In this document: positions 12,267-24,841 of the stretch, piece after piece
How the letters are laid out: every line of letters starts with the position of its first letter
Numbering within the stretch: position 1 is the first letter of the stretch
Assembly (NCBI RefSeq): GCF_963921235.1
Contig: NC_086097.1
Coordinates: 102,488,001 to 102,552,000, forward strand
DNA: 64,000 nt
Reading direction: 5' to 3'
Source of the DNA: Mobula hypostoma
Lineage: Eukaryota
Notes under the pieces: model-generated
Told to the model about the DNA's origin: nothing
Database searches by the model: none
What the model saw: the letters and a program-made list of their open reading frames with translations, nothing else
Made by a program: the position numbers and the translations under genes

Positions 12267-14203
12267 AACTGAAGGAAGAGTTAGTAAGATTTGAAAGTGG
12301 GAGGGGGAGGGGGAGATCCAAAATGATAGGAGAAGACAGGAGGGGGAGGGATGGAGCCAAGTGCTGGACAGGTGATTGGCAAAGGGGATATGAGAGGATC
12401 ATGGGACAGGAGGTCCGGGGAGAAAGACAAGGGGCGGGGGGGGGGGACCCAGAGGATGGGCAAGGGGTATAGTCAGAGGGACAGAGGGAGAAAAAGGAGA
12501 GTGAGAGAAAGAAAGAATGTGTGTATAAAAATAAATAACGGATGGGGTACGAGGGGGAGGTGGGGCATTAGTGGAAGTTAGAGAAGTCAATGTTCATGCC
12601 ATCAGATTGGAGGCTACCCATATGGAATATAAGGTGTTGTTCCTCCGACCTGATTGTGGCTTCATCTTTACAGTAGAGGAGGCCGTGGATAGACATGTCA
12701 GAATGGGAATAGGATGTGGAATTAAAATGTGTGGCCACTGGGACATCCTGCTTTCTCTGGCAGACAGAGCGTAGGTGTTCAGCAAAGCGGTCTCCCAGTC
12801 TGCGTCGGGTCTCGCCAATGTATAGAAGGCCACATCGGGAGCACCGGACGCAGTGTATCACCCCAGCTGACTCACAGGTGAAGTGTTGCCTCACCTGGAA
12901 GGACTGTCTGGGGCCCTGAATGGTGGTAAGGGAGGAAGTGTAAGGGCATATGTAGCACTTGTTCCGCTTACAAGGATAAGTGCCAGGAGGAAGATCAGTG
13001 GGGAGGGATGGGGGGGGGGACAAATGGACAAGGGAATCGCGTAGGAAGCAATCCCTGCAGAAAGCAGAGGGGGGGGGAGGGAAAGATGTGCTTAGTGGTG
13101 GGATCCCGTTGGAGGTGGCGGAAGTTACGGAGAATAATATGTTGGATCCGGAGGCTGGTGGGGTGGTAGGTGAGGACCAGGGGAACCCTATTCCTAGTGG
13201 GGAGGCGGGAGGATGGAGTGAGAGCAGATGTGCGTGAAATGGAGGAGATGCGTTTGAGAGCAGAGTTGATGGTGGAGGAAGGGAAGCCCCTTTCTTTAAA
13301 AAAGGAGGACATCTCCCTCGTCCTGGAATGAAAAGCCTCATCCTGAGAGCAGATGCGGCGGAGATGGAGGAATTGCGAGAAGGGGATGGCATTTTTGCAA
13401 GAGACAGGGTGAGAAGAGGAATAGTCCAGATAGCTGTGAGAGTCAGTAGGCTTATAGTAGACATCCCTCCCCACTGATCTCCCCCCTGGCACTTATCCTT
13501 GTAAGCGGAACAAGTGCTACACATGCCCTTACACTTCCTTCCTTACCACCATTCAGGGCCCCAGACAGTCCTTCCAGGTGAGGCGACACTTCACCTGTGA
13601 GTCAGCTGGGGTGATATACTGCGTCCAGTGCTCCCAATGTGGCCTTCTATATATTGGTGAGACCCGACGCAGACTGGGAGACCGCTTTGCCGAACACCTA
13701 TGCTCTGTCCGCCAGAGAAAGCAGGATGTCCCAGTGGCCACACATTTTAATTCCACATCCCATTCCCATTCTGACATGTCTATCCACGGCCTCCTCTACT
13801 GTAGAGATGAAGCCACACTCAGGTTGGAGGAACAACACCTTATATTCTGTCTGGGTAGCCTCCAATCTGATGGCATGAACATTGACTTCTCTACCTTCCG
13901 CTAATGCCCCACCTCCCCCTCGTACCCCATCCGTTATTTATTTTTATACACACATTCTTTCTTTCTCTCACTCTCCTTTTTCTCCCTCTGTCCCTCTGAC
14001 TATACTCTTTGCCCATCCTCTGGGTTCCCCACCCCACCCCCATCTTTCTCCCCGGACCTCCTGTCCCATGATCCTCTCATATCCCCTTTGCCAATCACCT
14101 GTCCAGGGCTTGGCTCCATCCCTCCCCCTCCTGTCTTCTCCTATCATTTTGGATCTCCCCCTCTCCCTCCCACTTTCAAATCTTACTAACTCTTCCTTCA
14201 GTT

Positions 14204-14239
14204 AGTCCTGACGAAGGGTCTCGGCCTGAAACATCGACT
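14204..14239 (+). ncRNA. Minimal type I hammerhead ribozyme motif (PLE-associated)
   Basis: AGTC-CTGACGA-AGGGTCTCGGCCT-GAAAC-ATC-GACT, with stem I formed by AGUC/GACU. Confidence 0.65.
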
Positions 14240-14615
14240 GTACCTCTTCCTAGAGATGCTGCCTGACCTGCTGCGTTCACCAGCTACTTCGATGTGTGTT
14301 GCCGGGAATACAGATCTGTAATTCGTTGAAAGTTGAGTCACAGGTAGATAGAGTCACAAAGAAAGCTTTTGGCATATTAGCCTTCATAAATCAAAATACT
14401 GAGTACAGGAGATGAGATGTTATGTTGAAGTTGTATAAGACATTGGTGAAGCCTAATTTGGAGTATTGTGTGCAGTTTTGGTCACCTACCTATAGGAAAG
14501 ATATAAATAAGGTTGAAAGAGTGCAGAGAAAATTTATAGGGATGTTTCCAAGTCTGGAGGACCTGAGTTGAATGGAAAGATTGAATAGGTTAGGACTGTA
14601 TTCCTTGAAACATAG

Positions 14616-15331
14616 GTGTCATTATACACCAGTCATTGAAAGTGGGCATGCAGGTACAGCAGGCGGTGAAAAAGGCGAATGGTATGCTGGCATTTATAGC
14701 GAGAGGATTCGAGTACAGGAGCAGGGAGGTACTACTGCAGTTGTACAAGGCCTTGGTGAGACCACACCTGGAGTATTGTGTGCAGTTTTGGTCCCCTAAT
14801 CTGACGAAAGACATCTTTGCCATAGAGGGAGTACAAAGAAGGTTCACCAGATTGATTCCTGGGATGGCAGGACTTTCATATGAAGAAAGACTGGATGAAC
14901 TGGGCTTGTACTCGTTGGAATTTAGAAGATTGAGGGGGGATCTGATTGAAACGTATAAGATCCTAAAGGGATTGGACAGGCTAGATGCAGGAAGATTGTT
15001 CCCGATGTTGGGGAAGTCCAGAACGAGGGGTCACAGTTTGAGGATAGAGGGGAAGCCTTTTAGGACCGAGATTAGGAAAAACTTCTTCACACAGAGAGTG
15101 GTGAATCTGTGGAATTCTCTGCCACAGGAAACTGTTGAGGCTAGTTCATTGGCTATATTTAAGAGGGAGTTAGATATGGCCCTTGTGGCTACGGGGGTCA
15201 GGGGGTATGGAGGGAAGGCTGGGGCGGGGTTCTGAGTTGGATGATCAGCCATGATCATAATAAATGGCGGTGCAGGCTCGAAGGGCCGAATGGCCTACTC
15301 CTGCACCTATTTTCTATGTTTCTATGTTTCT
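14616..15331 (+). mobile_element. Young 5'-truncated CR1 nested in the older CR1
   Basis: Open ORF 14636-15235 (LYKALVRPHLEYCVQFWSP...NFFTQRVVNLWNSLP), (TTTCTATG)n tail, and a flanking atag duplication at 14612-14615 and 15332-15335. Confidence 0.9.
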
Positions 15332-15784
15332 ATAGAAGATTAAGAGGGGATTTGATAGCGATATACTAAATTATGAGGGGTACAGATAGGGTAAATGCAA
15401 GCAACTTTTTCACTGAAGTTGGGTGGGACTACAACCAGAGGTCATGGGTTAAGGATGAAAGGTGAAAAGTTTAAGGAGAACATGAGGGGAAACTTCTTCA
15501 CTCAGAGGGTGACGAGAGTGTGGAAGGAGCTGCCAACACATGTGGTTCATGTAAGCTTGACTTCAAAGTTTAAGAGAAGTTTGGATAGGTACATGGATGG
15601 TAGATGTATGAAGGGCTATGGTTCCAGTGCAGGCTGATGAGAGTAGTGGTATAGATAAGTGCAGCACAGATTAGATGGTCCAAAAGGCCTGTTTCTGTGT
15701 TGTAATTTTCTATGACGCTTGATGAACAGATTAAATAAAAAATTAAATTTAAAAAAATGAACAAGGAGATGAGCAAAGATCATT

Positions 15785-16550
15785 TAACGGATATTGTACA
15801 GGGACAGTGAGGGTATTACACATGAGTGAGTTTTGTTGAGAAGCTGGAGAGCTACAGGAAAGAAGCTTCGGAGGTGACATGTAGTCCTGGTGGTGATGGA
15901 CTCGTAGCGTCTCTCTGATAGCAATTTGGTGAATAGATGACTGCTAGGGTGGGTGGAGTCAGCAGTGATTTTTTCCACTCTTTTCTTCACTTTGGCAATG
16001 AGCAGGTCTTCTCATGTTGGTAGCTGATAGCCAATGATCTTCTCTGCTGGGTGAACCACTTGCTGCAATGTGGACTTGGAGAGGGAGGAGGTGGCAGGAA
16101 ATCAAATGGTGACAGAAGCAGTCACAACACTCTCACTGATGGCTGAGTAAAAATTCATCAGGATACACCCTGAGATGTTACGTTTCCTAAGCTGGCATCG
16201 GAAGAACCATCTCTGCTGGGCTTTCCTGGTGATGAGCATAAAGTGCTTGCCCCACTTCAATGTATTGGTAACGGTAGTCCCCAGGAATTTGAATGACTCA
16301 ATCACGGACACAGCCCGACCATTAATTTCCAGGGGGTGGGGGAGGGGGGCTGATAGGTGTTACCAGCATAAGTAAATCTAATTTTCACTGCCTCAATAGC
16401 ATTAAGCTCCATCATACTGCAAGACGGCCGACCCCTTTTTAATAGAGATTAGACCAACGACAGCCGTGTCATCTACCAACTTCAGGGTTGAAAGGATTTG
16501 CCTGGGGAGGTACAGTCATTTGTATAAAGTAAGAACAGGAGGGGTGAAGG
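15785..16550 (-). mobile_element. Rex/Babar-like LINE RT relic
   Basis: Minus-strand DDTAVVGLIS near 16450, plus FKFLGTT and HPSSHLF...RSFFPVA. Confidence 0.7.
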
Positions 16551-17989
16551 AGCTTAGGAGGATTAATGGCGCCTAACAGCAACTCCTTTGCTTGCATCTT
16601 CGGAAACAGCTCTATTTTCATTTTTAATATCTCTATTTTTTCCTTTCAGGTTTCTTTTGAAGACCCTGACCTGGAGTTACACGCTGACTACGGTTCTTTG
16701 TGGGAATGGGACCCGCTCTTGGGGTCTCATGACTGGCATGCTAAGGGCTCGGCTCAAGAGCTCAGCTCACCTTCAGAGGGCCAAGATCTCGTGGCTCTGG
16801 AAACGGGCAGGTCAAAGGTCGGTGTCCTGGCAGGAGATTGGTGTGTCGCAGGAAATGGAAGATCTAAGGCTGTGTGCCCAGAGACCAGGGATCTTTGGGC
16901 ACAAGGTTGGAAATTAAATGCACCTTTGAAAGAACACAGCCCTGGGGAGAGCCTGTGCTTTTAGACATTGGATTAGACCAGTAGGAGCCCAGCCTCACAT
17001 ACTGTTTCCTTCCAGTTGGGAAGTTCACAATCCACTGATGGATATTGTAGGGTATAGCTCGCTGGGTTACATCTGCTCATTCTCCTACGACCCACTTACG
17101 CCGAAGTACACCTTACAACATCCAATTAACCTACGATCAGCACATCTTTGGGATATGAGGGGAAGAAACAGGACACCAGGAGTATGTACTAACTCCACAG
17201 AGGGTCCACTGGAGGTCAACATCAAAGCTGGAGTTGTGAGATATCAGTGGTAATTTTCGGTGATTTTTGTATAAGACCACATGGATCACTGTAAATACCA
17301 ACACTTTCAATCTGTAACCATGTTTGGGGGTACATCTCTCTTTCTCTGTCAGGGCACTGAGTGCAAGAATTAGTCGTCATGTTACAACTGTACAAGCCAC
17401 TGGTGAGACGACTACTTGGAGTACTGTGCAGAGCTCCGGCTGCCAAACGATAACAAGAATATCATGAAGCTTGGAAGGGTGCTGAACCAATTTACCAGGA
17501 TGTTACTGCAAGTAAAGACTTTGAGCTGCAAAGAGAAACTTGATAGGCTGGAGAGCAGGAGGCTAAGGGGGTGACTTTGTAGAGGTGTATATCACAGACA
17601 TTTTTTTTCCATTTAAATCTAAAGATATTGTTTTAAGGTGATTAGATTAGCTTATTGTCATACAGACTGGGTGCGAAGAAAGTCCTTGCTGGCATGAGGG
17701 TCACTGAGCAGCGGTACACACAGTCAGAATAAATACAACAATAAATATATTGACAAATTCAGAACAGCAGGATGATGCAAAAAGTGTTGAGCAAGCCAAC
17801 ATTTAAAGGGCATCTGAGGGGCAACTTTTCCACGTGGAGGGAGCTGGGTATATGAGACAAACTGCCAGAGGAAGTGATAGGGGCAGTTACAATTACAACT
17901 TTGAAAGATACTGAGACATGATAGGAAATGTTTAAAGGAATATGCAGGCAAATAGGACCAGCTCAAGTAGTTATCTTGGTTGGCAGAGG

Positions 17990-18655
17990 AATTAGGAGGG
18001 AGGAGAAGATGGCGGCGTGACACAGCGTGCAGCAGCCACTCCGGTGATGATATCTGTTATCTGTCAAGTAGGGTGCCTGGCACAGTCCTGATTTGATGGA
18101 GACAGACGTGAGAGCATGGAGGAACATCTGGTGAAACTTCTGAAATGCCTGCTTCGCTGCTGCTGCTACCGTGTGATCCAGAATCTCCGGAGGGGAAGGC
18201 CCGAGTCCTTGGCTTTGCTTGTTGCTCGGTGGCTGGGGTGGGGTTGAAGCGCTCGGCAGAGATGGTGCTCGGTGCTCAGTGTCGGAGGTTCGAAGTTTTC
18301 AGACGGACTCAGAGTTGGTTGCGGTCGGGTGCTTCCAATGCATCAGCAAATTTGTGGTGCTTGAGGGTTCATATCAGGGAGAGTTTCTCACTTCTACCGT
18401 CTGCGTGAAATGATGGGGCTATCGGGACTTGAGACTTTTTTTTACCGTGCCCATGGTCTGCTCCTTATTAAATTACGGTATTGCTTTGCACTGTTGTAAC
18501 TATATGTTATAGTTATGTGGATTTGTCAATTTTAGTCTTGGTGTGACCTGTGTTTCTGTGATATCTTTCTAGAGGAGCATTGTATCATTTTTTAATGCAT
18601 GCATTTCTAAATGACAATAAGCGAGGACTGAGTGTTCTCATAATCTAATCTAATC
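17990..18655 (+). repeat. Non-coding retroposon-like interspersed repeat with (TAATC)n tail
   Basis: CpG-rich 5' end (aagatggcggcg), T-rich 3' part, then aataa and taatctaatctaatc. Family not identified. Confidence 0.45.
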
Positions 18656-19029
18656 TTCATGCTGTTTAACTCTACTGCTCTATTTTTAAAAATATTCCGT
18701 TTTCTATTTTTCTACTGAAGTGGTGACAGCATTTTTTCAACACTATGTTCCTGATGAAGCATCTCAGCCCAAAACATTTTCCACAGATGCTGCCTGGCCT
18801 GCTGAGTTCCTCCAGCATTGTGTGTCTTATATCTCAACTCCATTGAATTAAGCTGCCCATATTTTACCGCGAAACTTCCTCATAACCTACACAGCTGTGT
18901 CTTGTAAGTCAACTTAACTCTGGAACTTTGGTGGTGTCAGAAGAGCAGATTTTCCAAATTACTGAATGTTATCCCTAGTAATACCTCAATAGAATTTAAA
19001 TTCACTTTTATCGATCTTGCACACTATTT

Positions 19030-19250
19030 GCCATGAAGACCCAGGTTCAATTCCTGCCACTGCCTGTACCTTCTCCACGTGGCTGTATGGTTTTCCTGCG
19101 GGTTCTCTGGTTTCCTCCAAAAGTCCAAAGACCTACTGGTTGGTAGGTTAATTAGCCATTGTAAATTGTCCCTTGGTTAGTCTAGAGTTAAGTCAGGAGT
19201 TGTTGGGCAGCGTGGCTTGAAGGACCATTTCACGCTGTACCTCAATGAAT
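19030..19250 (+). repeat. tRNA-derived V-SINE/HE1-like SINE
   Basis: B-box-like ggttcaattcc and core ggtttcctcc...tccaaaga...ggtaggttaatt.gccattgtaaattgtccc. Related copies occur at ~47390-47600 (-), ~49880-50095 (+) and ~61530-61820 (-). Confidence 0.65.
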
Positions 19251-19759
19251 TAGAGGTGGGTTAGGATGCAGGATCCTGGCTACTTAGTACAGTGTGGTAT
19301 ATTCTTCACTGTTTTTTTCTGTTAAGCTATTTTCCCAACAAATTTACCATCTACTTGCATACTAAAGACATTTTACAGTGAACATACGGACCACACTGCA
19401 GTGTCTTTGGAATGTTGGAGGAAACCAGAGCAATCGGAGGAAACCCGTAACTCAAGGAGAATGTACAAACTCCATTCGAACAGCTCCTGAGGTCAGGACT
19501 GAACTATTGTCACGACAGCTATGAAACAGCGGCTCTATGCAGCATACCCTTGGAAAACCTCTCAGCAACCAGATCAACAAGCCACAGATTTAGCTCCGAT
19601 AAAGGGTCATTAACCTGAAACAGTAACTCTTCTGCTGGAAGAACATGTAACGGCAACCATTCCTCGCACTCCACAAATGCTACTCGACTTGTTAAGTATC
19701 TCCAGCCTTTTCTGCCTATAGGTCAGATTTTCATTACCCGTAAACTGTTGCTTTTCTAC

Positions 19760-20145
19760 TTCGAGCTCAGAGAAATGATACAAATCGGCTGGCAGTGAGC
19801 CTGGCCGTGGTGTTTTGAGTTGATGCCGACGAGCGCCGAGAGGTGGCGTTAGACACCGCAGCCTCGCTTCCTGTGAGTTGCCGTAGAACGTCGACGGCCG
19901 CAGCTGCAAAATTTCCGTGAATCGGCGACGAGGAGGGACGAAGATGGCGGATGAGGAGGAGGTGAAGGAGCCGACTGACGGCCGAGGGGAGTTAGCCGGC
20001 GTTTGGCTGGAGCCCGAACAAGTAGTCAGGGTGAGCGAGCGAAAGAAACCAGCGGGGGTGATGGTTGTTAACGACTCAGCAGGTGTTGGCAACGACTGGT
20101 TGCTGGGATTGGGATTGGAAGATCGTCCGGGGACGGGCCGAGAAG
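19760..20145 (+). promoter_or_regulatory. UBR1: CpG-rich promoter/5' UTR of UBR1, with a YY1-type motif overlapping the start codon
   Basis: Locally dense CpGs around the first coding exon. AAGATGGCGG at 19941-19950. Confidence 0.7.
19944..20030 (+). CDS. UBR1: E3 ubiquitin-protein ligase UBR1, coding exon 1
   Basis: ATG in a strong context, encoding MADEEEVKEPTDGRGELAGVWLEPEQVVR (29 codons; the MADEE start matches mammalian UBR1). Donor AGG|GTGAGC at 20031, phase 0, matching exon 2. Confidence 0.8.
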
Positions 20146-20460
20146 GTTTGCGGGGAAGGTGATGGTAGGGTCGGGACCTGATGGAAGGGGGAGGGTGAGG
20201 AAGAGGGGTTGGAAATTGGAGGGGAGGTAGAGGGATTGGGACTGCGCGGGGGGTGGGAATGGGAGTTGGGTTGGGACTGTGGGGAAGGGAGAGGTTGGGA
20301 GATGGAGTGTGTGCGGACCATGCGGAGGGGAGGAATGGCAGGAGGGTCGGGACCTGATGGAGGGGGGAAGGGTGAGGAAGAGGGGTTGGAAATGGGAGGG
20401 GAGGTAGAGGGATTGGGACTGCGGAGGGGATGGGCGGAGGTGAGGGACGGGTGGCAATAG
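20090..20460 (+). repeat. G-rich start of intron 1 with an ~80 bp direct repeat
   Basis: agggtcgggacctgatgg...gggattgggactgcg occurs at 20167-20246 and 20343-20423. Many GGG runs. Confidence 0.8.
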
Positions 20461-23400
20461 AGTCTGGTCTGGCTGGAGTGGAGCAATGCTAAGTAAAGTT
20501 TAATGTTGCAGGTTGTCGTCGTCTAGTTAACTGTGGTTTATTGAAACAGAGGACATTCTGTGGGTTAGAACGTGTGGATTAATTTCATCTTGTAATTCCA
20601 AAACTCAGCATTTTGAAATAGATTAATATGTATGCGAATTTGATAATGTAAGAGTTTAACTCTGTGTATTGGTTGATAAATTTTTCACTTACATATATGG
20701 CAGTGTATAATGTGTGTCAGGTGGCTGGGTCACCTGGAGCTATGAGTACCTTTAAGAGGGAAACCAGGAGGACAAGTGGGTATACGATAGCTTTGTCAGA
20801 TAAGGTAACAGAGACTGGTAAGAAATTCTGCAAGTATATTAAGAGTAAAGGATTAACTAGGGAATAAATAGATTGTGAGGATCAATGTGGTTGTGTTTGG
20901 AGCCCTAAGAGATGGTTGAGGTGTTCAATGAATAAATCTCATCTGATACCTCCTGGAGAAGGTAATGGAAGCAAAGGAATTGAGGAATATAGTAATGTAT
21001 TGGAGCATATCCATACTTCAGCAGAGGAGGAGCTGGTGGTTAAATCCTCAGGGTCTGATCAAATAAATTCCAGGACATTGTGGGAAGCCAGAGAGAAAAA
21101 AATACTGGGTCCCTGACAGAGATACTTGCATCATTGATGAGGTACCAGAAGACTGGAGGGTGATGAGCAGTGCCCTTTTATTTTAGAAGGGCTGCAAAGG
21201 TAAGCCAGGGAACTACAGGCTGTACAACCTAACATCAGCTTTGGGAATGTTACTGCAGGGGATTCTGCAGTATAGGATCTGTTTTTATTCAGTTTTTTTT
21301 GAAGAGGTAACAGCATATTGATAACAGGACAGTATACATTTTAGCAAGGCCCACAAGTCTATTTTGTAATGTAAGGATTCACGGGATTCAGGATTCTCTC
21401 CCGTTGGCTTGATAGAAAGAGACAGAGTCTGGTAACGCGGGATTGTTAGTCATATTGGAGGCCTGCTACCAGTGATGTGCTACAGGGACCAGTGCTAGGC
21501 CTGCAGGAGGACCGCCCCTGTCTGCAAATGGAGTAGCAGTATTTTTGTGCTACTCTTAGTTTCTTTCTCTCCCCCTAGTTTAAGCTTTGAAATTAAAATT
21601 TTTACTTGCTGATTCTTGAGGGGGAACAATATGTCTATGTCTACAAGAAGTGGGAAGAATTTACCTGAACCTAGTGATAAAGGTAATGGGAAAGGAAAGG
21701 TGCAAAAGGAAAGATCTGATGAAATGCCATCGTGGGCTGAAGATATCGTTCGGACACTGAATTCAATTAAGGATCAGAATGGATCAATTAAAGACCAACT
21801 GGAAAAGAATAGTTATTTCTGGGAAAACTTAAAGACCTGGAAACTCAAGTTATTTCACATGAAGAGGAATTGAAGATAACTAAGCAAAAGTTGTCTGAAG
21901 CTACAACTCGTTCGGAAAGATATCAAAATAAGATTATAGACCTGGAAACTAGGTCTCGACGAAAGAATATGCGAATTGTTGGGCTGCAAGAAGGAGCTGA
22001 AGATGGAGATTTAACTGCTTACCACACTTTATTTCCTACCATTCTATCAAAGCCGCCTGCTATAGAAAGGGCATTTATCTCAAAATTGAAGGATTCTAGT
22101 AAACCAAGATCTGTTTTGGTTTGCTTTCATCACTTTAAAATTAAAGATCAAATAATGCGACAGGCAAGAAAACAGTTTTTAGATCTATGGAATCTGAGCT
22201 CCGCTTTTATGAAGATTATCCAAGAGAGATAATGGAACAAAGATCAAAATTTGCCCTGGTAATGAAACAAGCATATGAGAAAAAAAACGTTTTCCATCTT
22301 TGAGGTACCTGACAAGAATTAAAGTTTTCCTTTCTAATTCTCCTCCTCATACTTTTTTTGATCCAAAAGCTGCACTGGACTTTGTTCAGGCTATACCCGT
22401 CGCTGTTACTGACGCTGCTGTTGAATGATCTATCTGAAAGGCTGTTTGGCTATCTGTATATTATTTGCATTTTGGAAAGAAGATTTATGAAGGTCATTTG
22501 TATATTTCATTGAGAGACTAATTAAAGAAGACAAGGAGAGTTGTTCATTATTGCATACTGTTGGTTTTCCTTTGGAAAGATTTATGGCTTAAGTACATCT
22601 GTCTAAATGATCTCTGAACATTCTACGACTGAGAGAAGAAGATAAGGGGATTTGTTCCTTTAATTTAATACTTGGTTTGTTTCTTTTTTAATCAACTAAT
22701 TGGTAGTTTTTTCTTACTAATAGGGCTTTTTATGTATTTTTTCTGTTTTATTGTAACATTTTATAATTGAATTTAAAGCTATTTTAGGGAATTAATATTA
22801 AACTTAAAGATGGCGCTGGTTTTTCTCTCTAAGAGATAACATTATTTTGGTTCTTGTTTATTAGTTGATGGAATGTAAATACTTTTTTGCTGAGACTTTA
22901 TTGTTTTTTTTCCACAAGGTCATTCTACTTTTTTACTAACTGGGGGGAGGGAAAGAAAACACAGACAGAGCAGTCAGTAGCTTTGAATTCTATCATAGAT
23001 CGCTTGCCTTTTCAGGCTTCTGGGTGTGGGTGGGTAGGTTTAGAGTTAGGAGTATTTTTCCATTGGGTGGTTCCGGAGCGTGCGTGTTTTTTATCTGGTT
23101 GTATTCTTCATCACTGCCATTTTTGATCATCCCGTATTGGTATGTGCTCTGTGCATGTATAAAGTAGAATAAAATTATAGTATGGTATTTAAACGGATTA
23201 ATATAATAAGTTGGAATATACCTGGTTGGAATCATTCTATTAAATGAAAAAAGACTTCTAAAATTATTAACTGATTCCAAACTGATATAATTTTTGCTTG
23301 AGACACATACTAGATTTTTTAGATGGTGGAATGGTTTGCAATTTCACTCTACTTCTCAGAGTAAAACAAAAGGCGTGTCTATTTTTATTAAACTTAATAT

Positions 23401-23941
23401 ATTTATTCAAGAGGATATTGAATCAGATTCTAATGGTAGATTTTTAATTGTTAAAGGAACAATCTGTAACAGAAAAGTTGTTTTGGTTAATTTGTATGGT
23501 CCTAACTTAGATGATCCTTTTTTTAAAAAGGTATTTACTTTACTGCCTGATTTAAATGAATATATGCTGATAATGGGTGGGGATTTTAATTGCTGCTTAA
23601 ATCCTATGATTGATAAGAGCTCAACCAATCAGTGACTTCCAAATCGATCCGCATCATTTATTAATTCCTTTTTGATTGATTTTGGGTTGATTGATTTGTG
23701 GAGGTATCTCCATCCCGATAATAGAGAATAATCTTTCTTCTCACATGTTTATAAAAAATATTCCAGGATCGATTATATTATAATCGGGGACTTCCGGTAG
23801 CGCTCATGGAGTGAAGTCGCGTTCTTGACTCGCTCCATTACCTCTGAGTTTTTTTTCTCTATGGTCAGCTATACTTTAATTAACCATTAAGGCATCAACT
23901 CTTACAATACTTTGAATTAAACTGAATTCTCCGACAACTGG

Positions 23942-24841
23942 ATGAAACTTAGATCTGCTATGTCTAAGAACGGGAAAAACGGCAAGGATGGTAAACCTCC
24001 GGTTAAACCGAAAGCTACGGATCTCCTCCCGACTGAATCACCGGTGACTTTGAAAGCTATATCGGAGTTAATTCAGAGGGAAATTTCAACCTCTGTTAGG
24101 GAGATGATTCGTACGGAAATTGCAGACTCTGTTAAAGACCTGATTCATACGGAAATCTCAACTAATCTCCAGAAAATTGCCGATTCAATTGATAAGATGC
24201 AAACATTTATTGCGGAACATCAGTCGGCTATATCTGATCTTCAAAAATTCGCGCAACAAAGTGAGCTTAAGATGGGGAAAATCGAAGAAACAATTAATGT
24301 AATGAAGAAGAAACTTGACTTTCTGACTTTTAAAAACTCTGACTTGGAATCTAGAATGCGACGGCAGAATTTACGAATGATTGGGGTGCGGGAAGCTGTG
24401 GAATCTAACAACCCCATGAAGTATTTTTCTCAACTTTTAAAAGATGCATTCCCTACTGTATTTCCTGACCAACCACCGCTACTGGATCGTGTTCACAGAA
24501 TCCCATCATACTCGTCTAGGTCAGATAGACCTAGGCATGTTATCTTACGTTTTCATTACTTTCAAGACAAGGAGAGACTGTTTCGATTCGCTCGATCTAA
24601 AGGTTTCATTGATTTTTCGGATCTTAGGTTCCGATTCGTGGAAGATTTCAGTAAACCAATCTGGGACCAACGGGTTCGCTACAGATCTGTGATGTCGGAA
24701 TTCTATAAGATGGATTTAAGACCAGCGTTGCTGTACCCTGCACGTCTAAGGATTCGCATGTCAGATGGAGTCCTTCGTTTTTTTGATTCTCCATCGGATG
24801 CCCAGAGTTATCTGGATCAACTTTCACCTTCAACATCTTAA
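23942..24841 (+). CDS. L1 ORF1p (coiled-coil, RRM, CTD; Transposase_22-like)
   Basis: 299 aa open frame with DLESRMRRQNLRMIGV, DRVHR, PRHVILRF and LYPARLRI. The true start may be the ATG at 23960. Confidence 0.93.
   Translation: MKLRSAMSKNGKNGKDGKPPVKPKATDLLPTESPVTLKAISELIQREISTSVREMIRTEIADSVKDLIHTEISTNLQKIADSIDKMQTFIAEHQSAISDLQKFAQQSELKMGKIEETINVMKKKLDFLTFKNSDLESRMRRQNLRMIGVREAVESNNPMKYFSQLLKDAFPTVFPDQPPLLDRVHRIPSYSSRSDRPRHVILRFHYFQDKERLFRFARSKGFIDFSDLRFRFVEDFSKPIWDQRVRYRSVMSEFYKMDLRPALLYPARLRIRMSDGVLRFFDSPSDAQSYLDQLSPSTS

Larger units (their letters stand above)
12136..14303. mobile_element. Penelope-like element (Neptune-like) with long inverted arms
   Basis: The minus arm encodes an RT thumb (YYKPTDSHSYLDYSSSHP), a Cys linker (CKRNKCYICP) and a GIY-YIG domain (VIHCVRCSRCGLLYIGETRRRLGDRFAEH). 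The plus arm 13462-14302 repeats the endonuclease and 3' end. 11 bp TSD gggaatacaga at 12125-12135 and 14304-14314. Confidence 0.92.
11276..15720 (+). mobile_element. CR1 LINE ORF2/3' relic hosting two later insertions
   Basis: SCLTNLIEFFEEVT, degenerate ANDTK and WAEKWQMEFN. It continues at 14304-14615 and 15332-15720 (NFFTQRV). Confidence 0.85.

Noticed and set aside
12568..13524. 318 aa ORF as an intact Penelope protein
   Set aside because: Chimeric across the inversion junction and frameshifted; the RT core is absent.
19030..19070. tRNA gene suggested by a B-box-like motif
   Set aside because: No cloverleaf; it is the head of a SINE.
19917..20162. 81 aa ORF as a standalone gene
   Set aside because: It is UBR1 exon 1 reading through the donor into the intron.
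19610..20486. Minus-strand Pro/Ser-rich ORFs over the promoter; possible divergent gene
   Set aside because: Explained by GC-rich and G-run composition; no domain recognisable.
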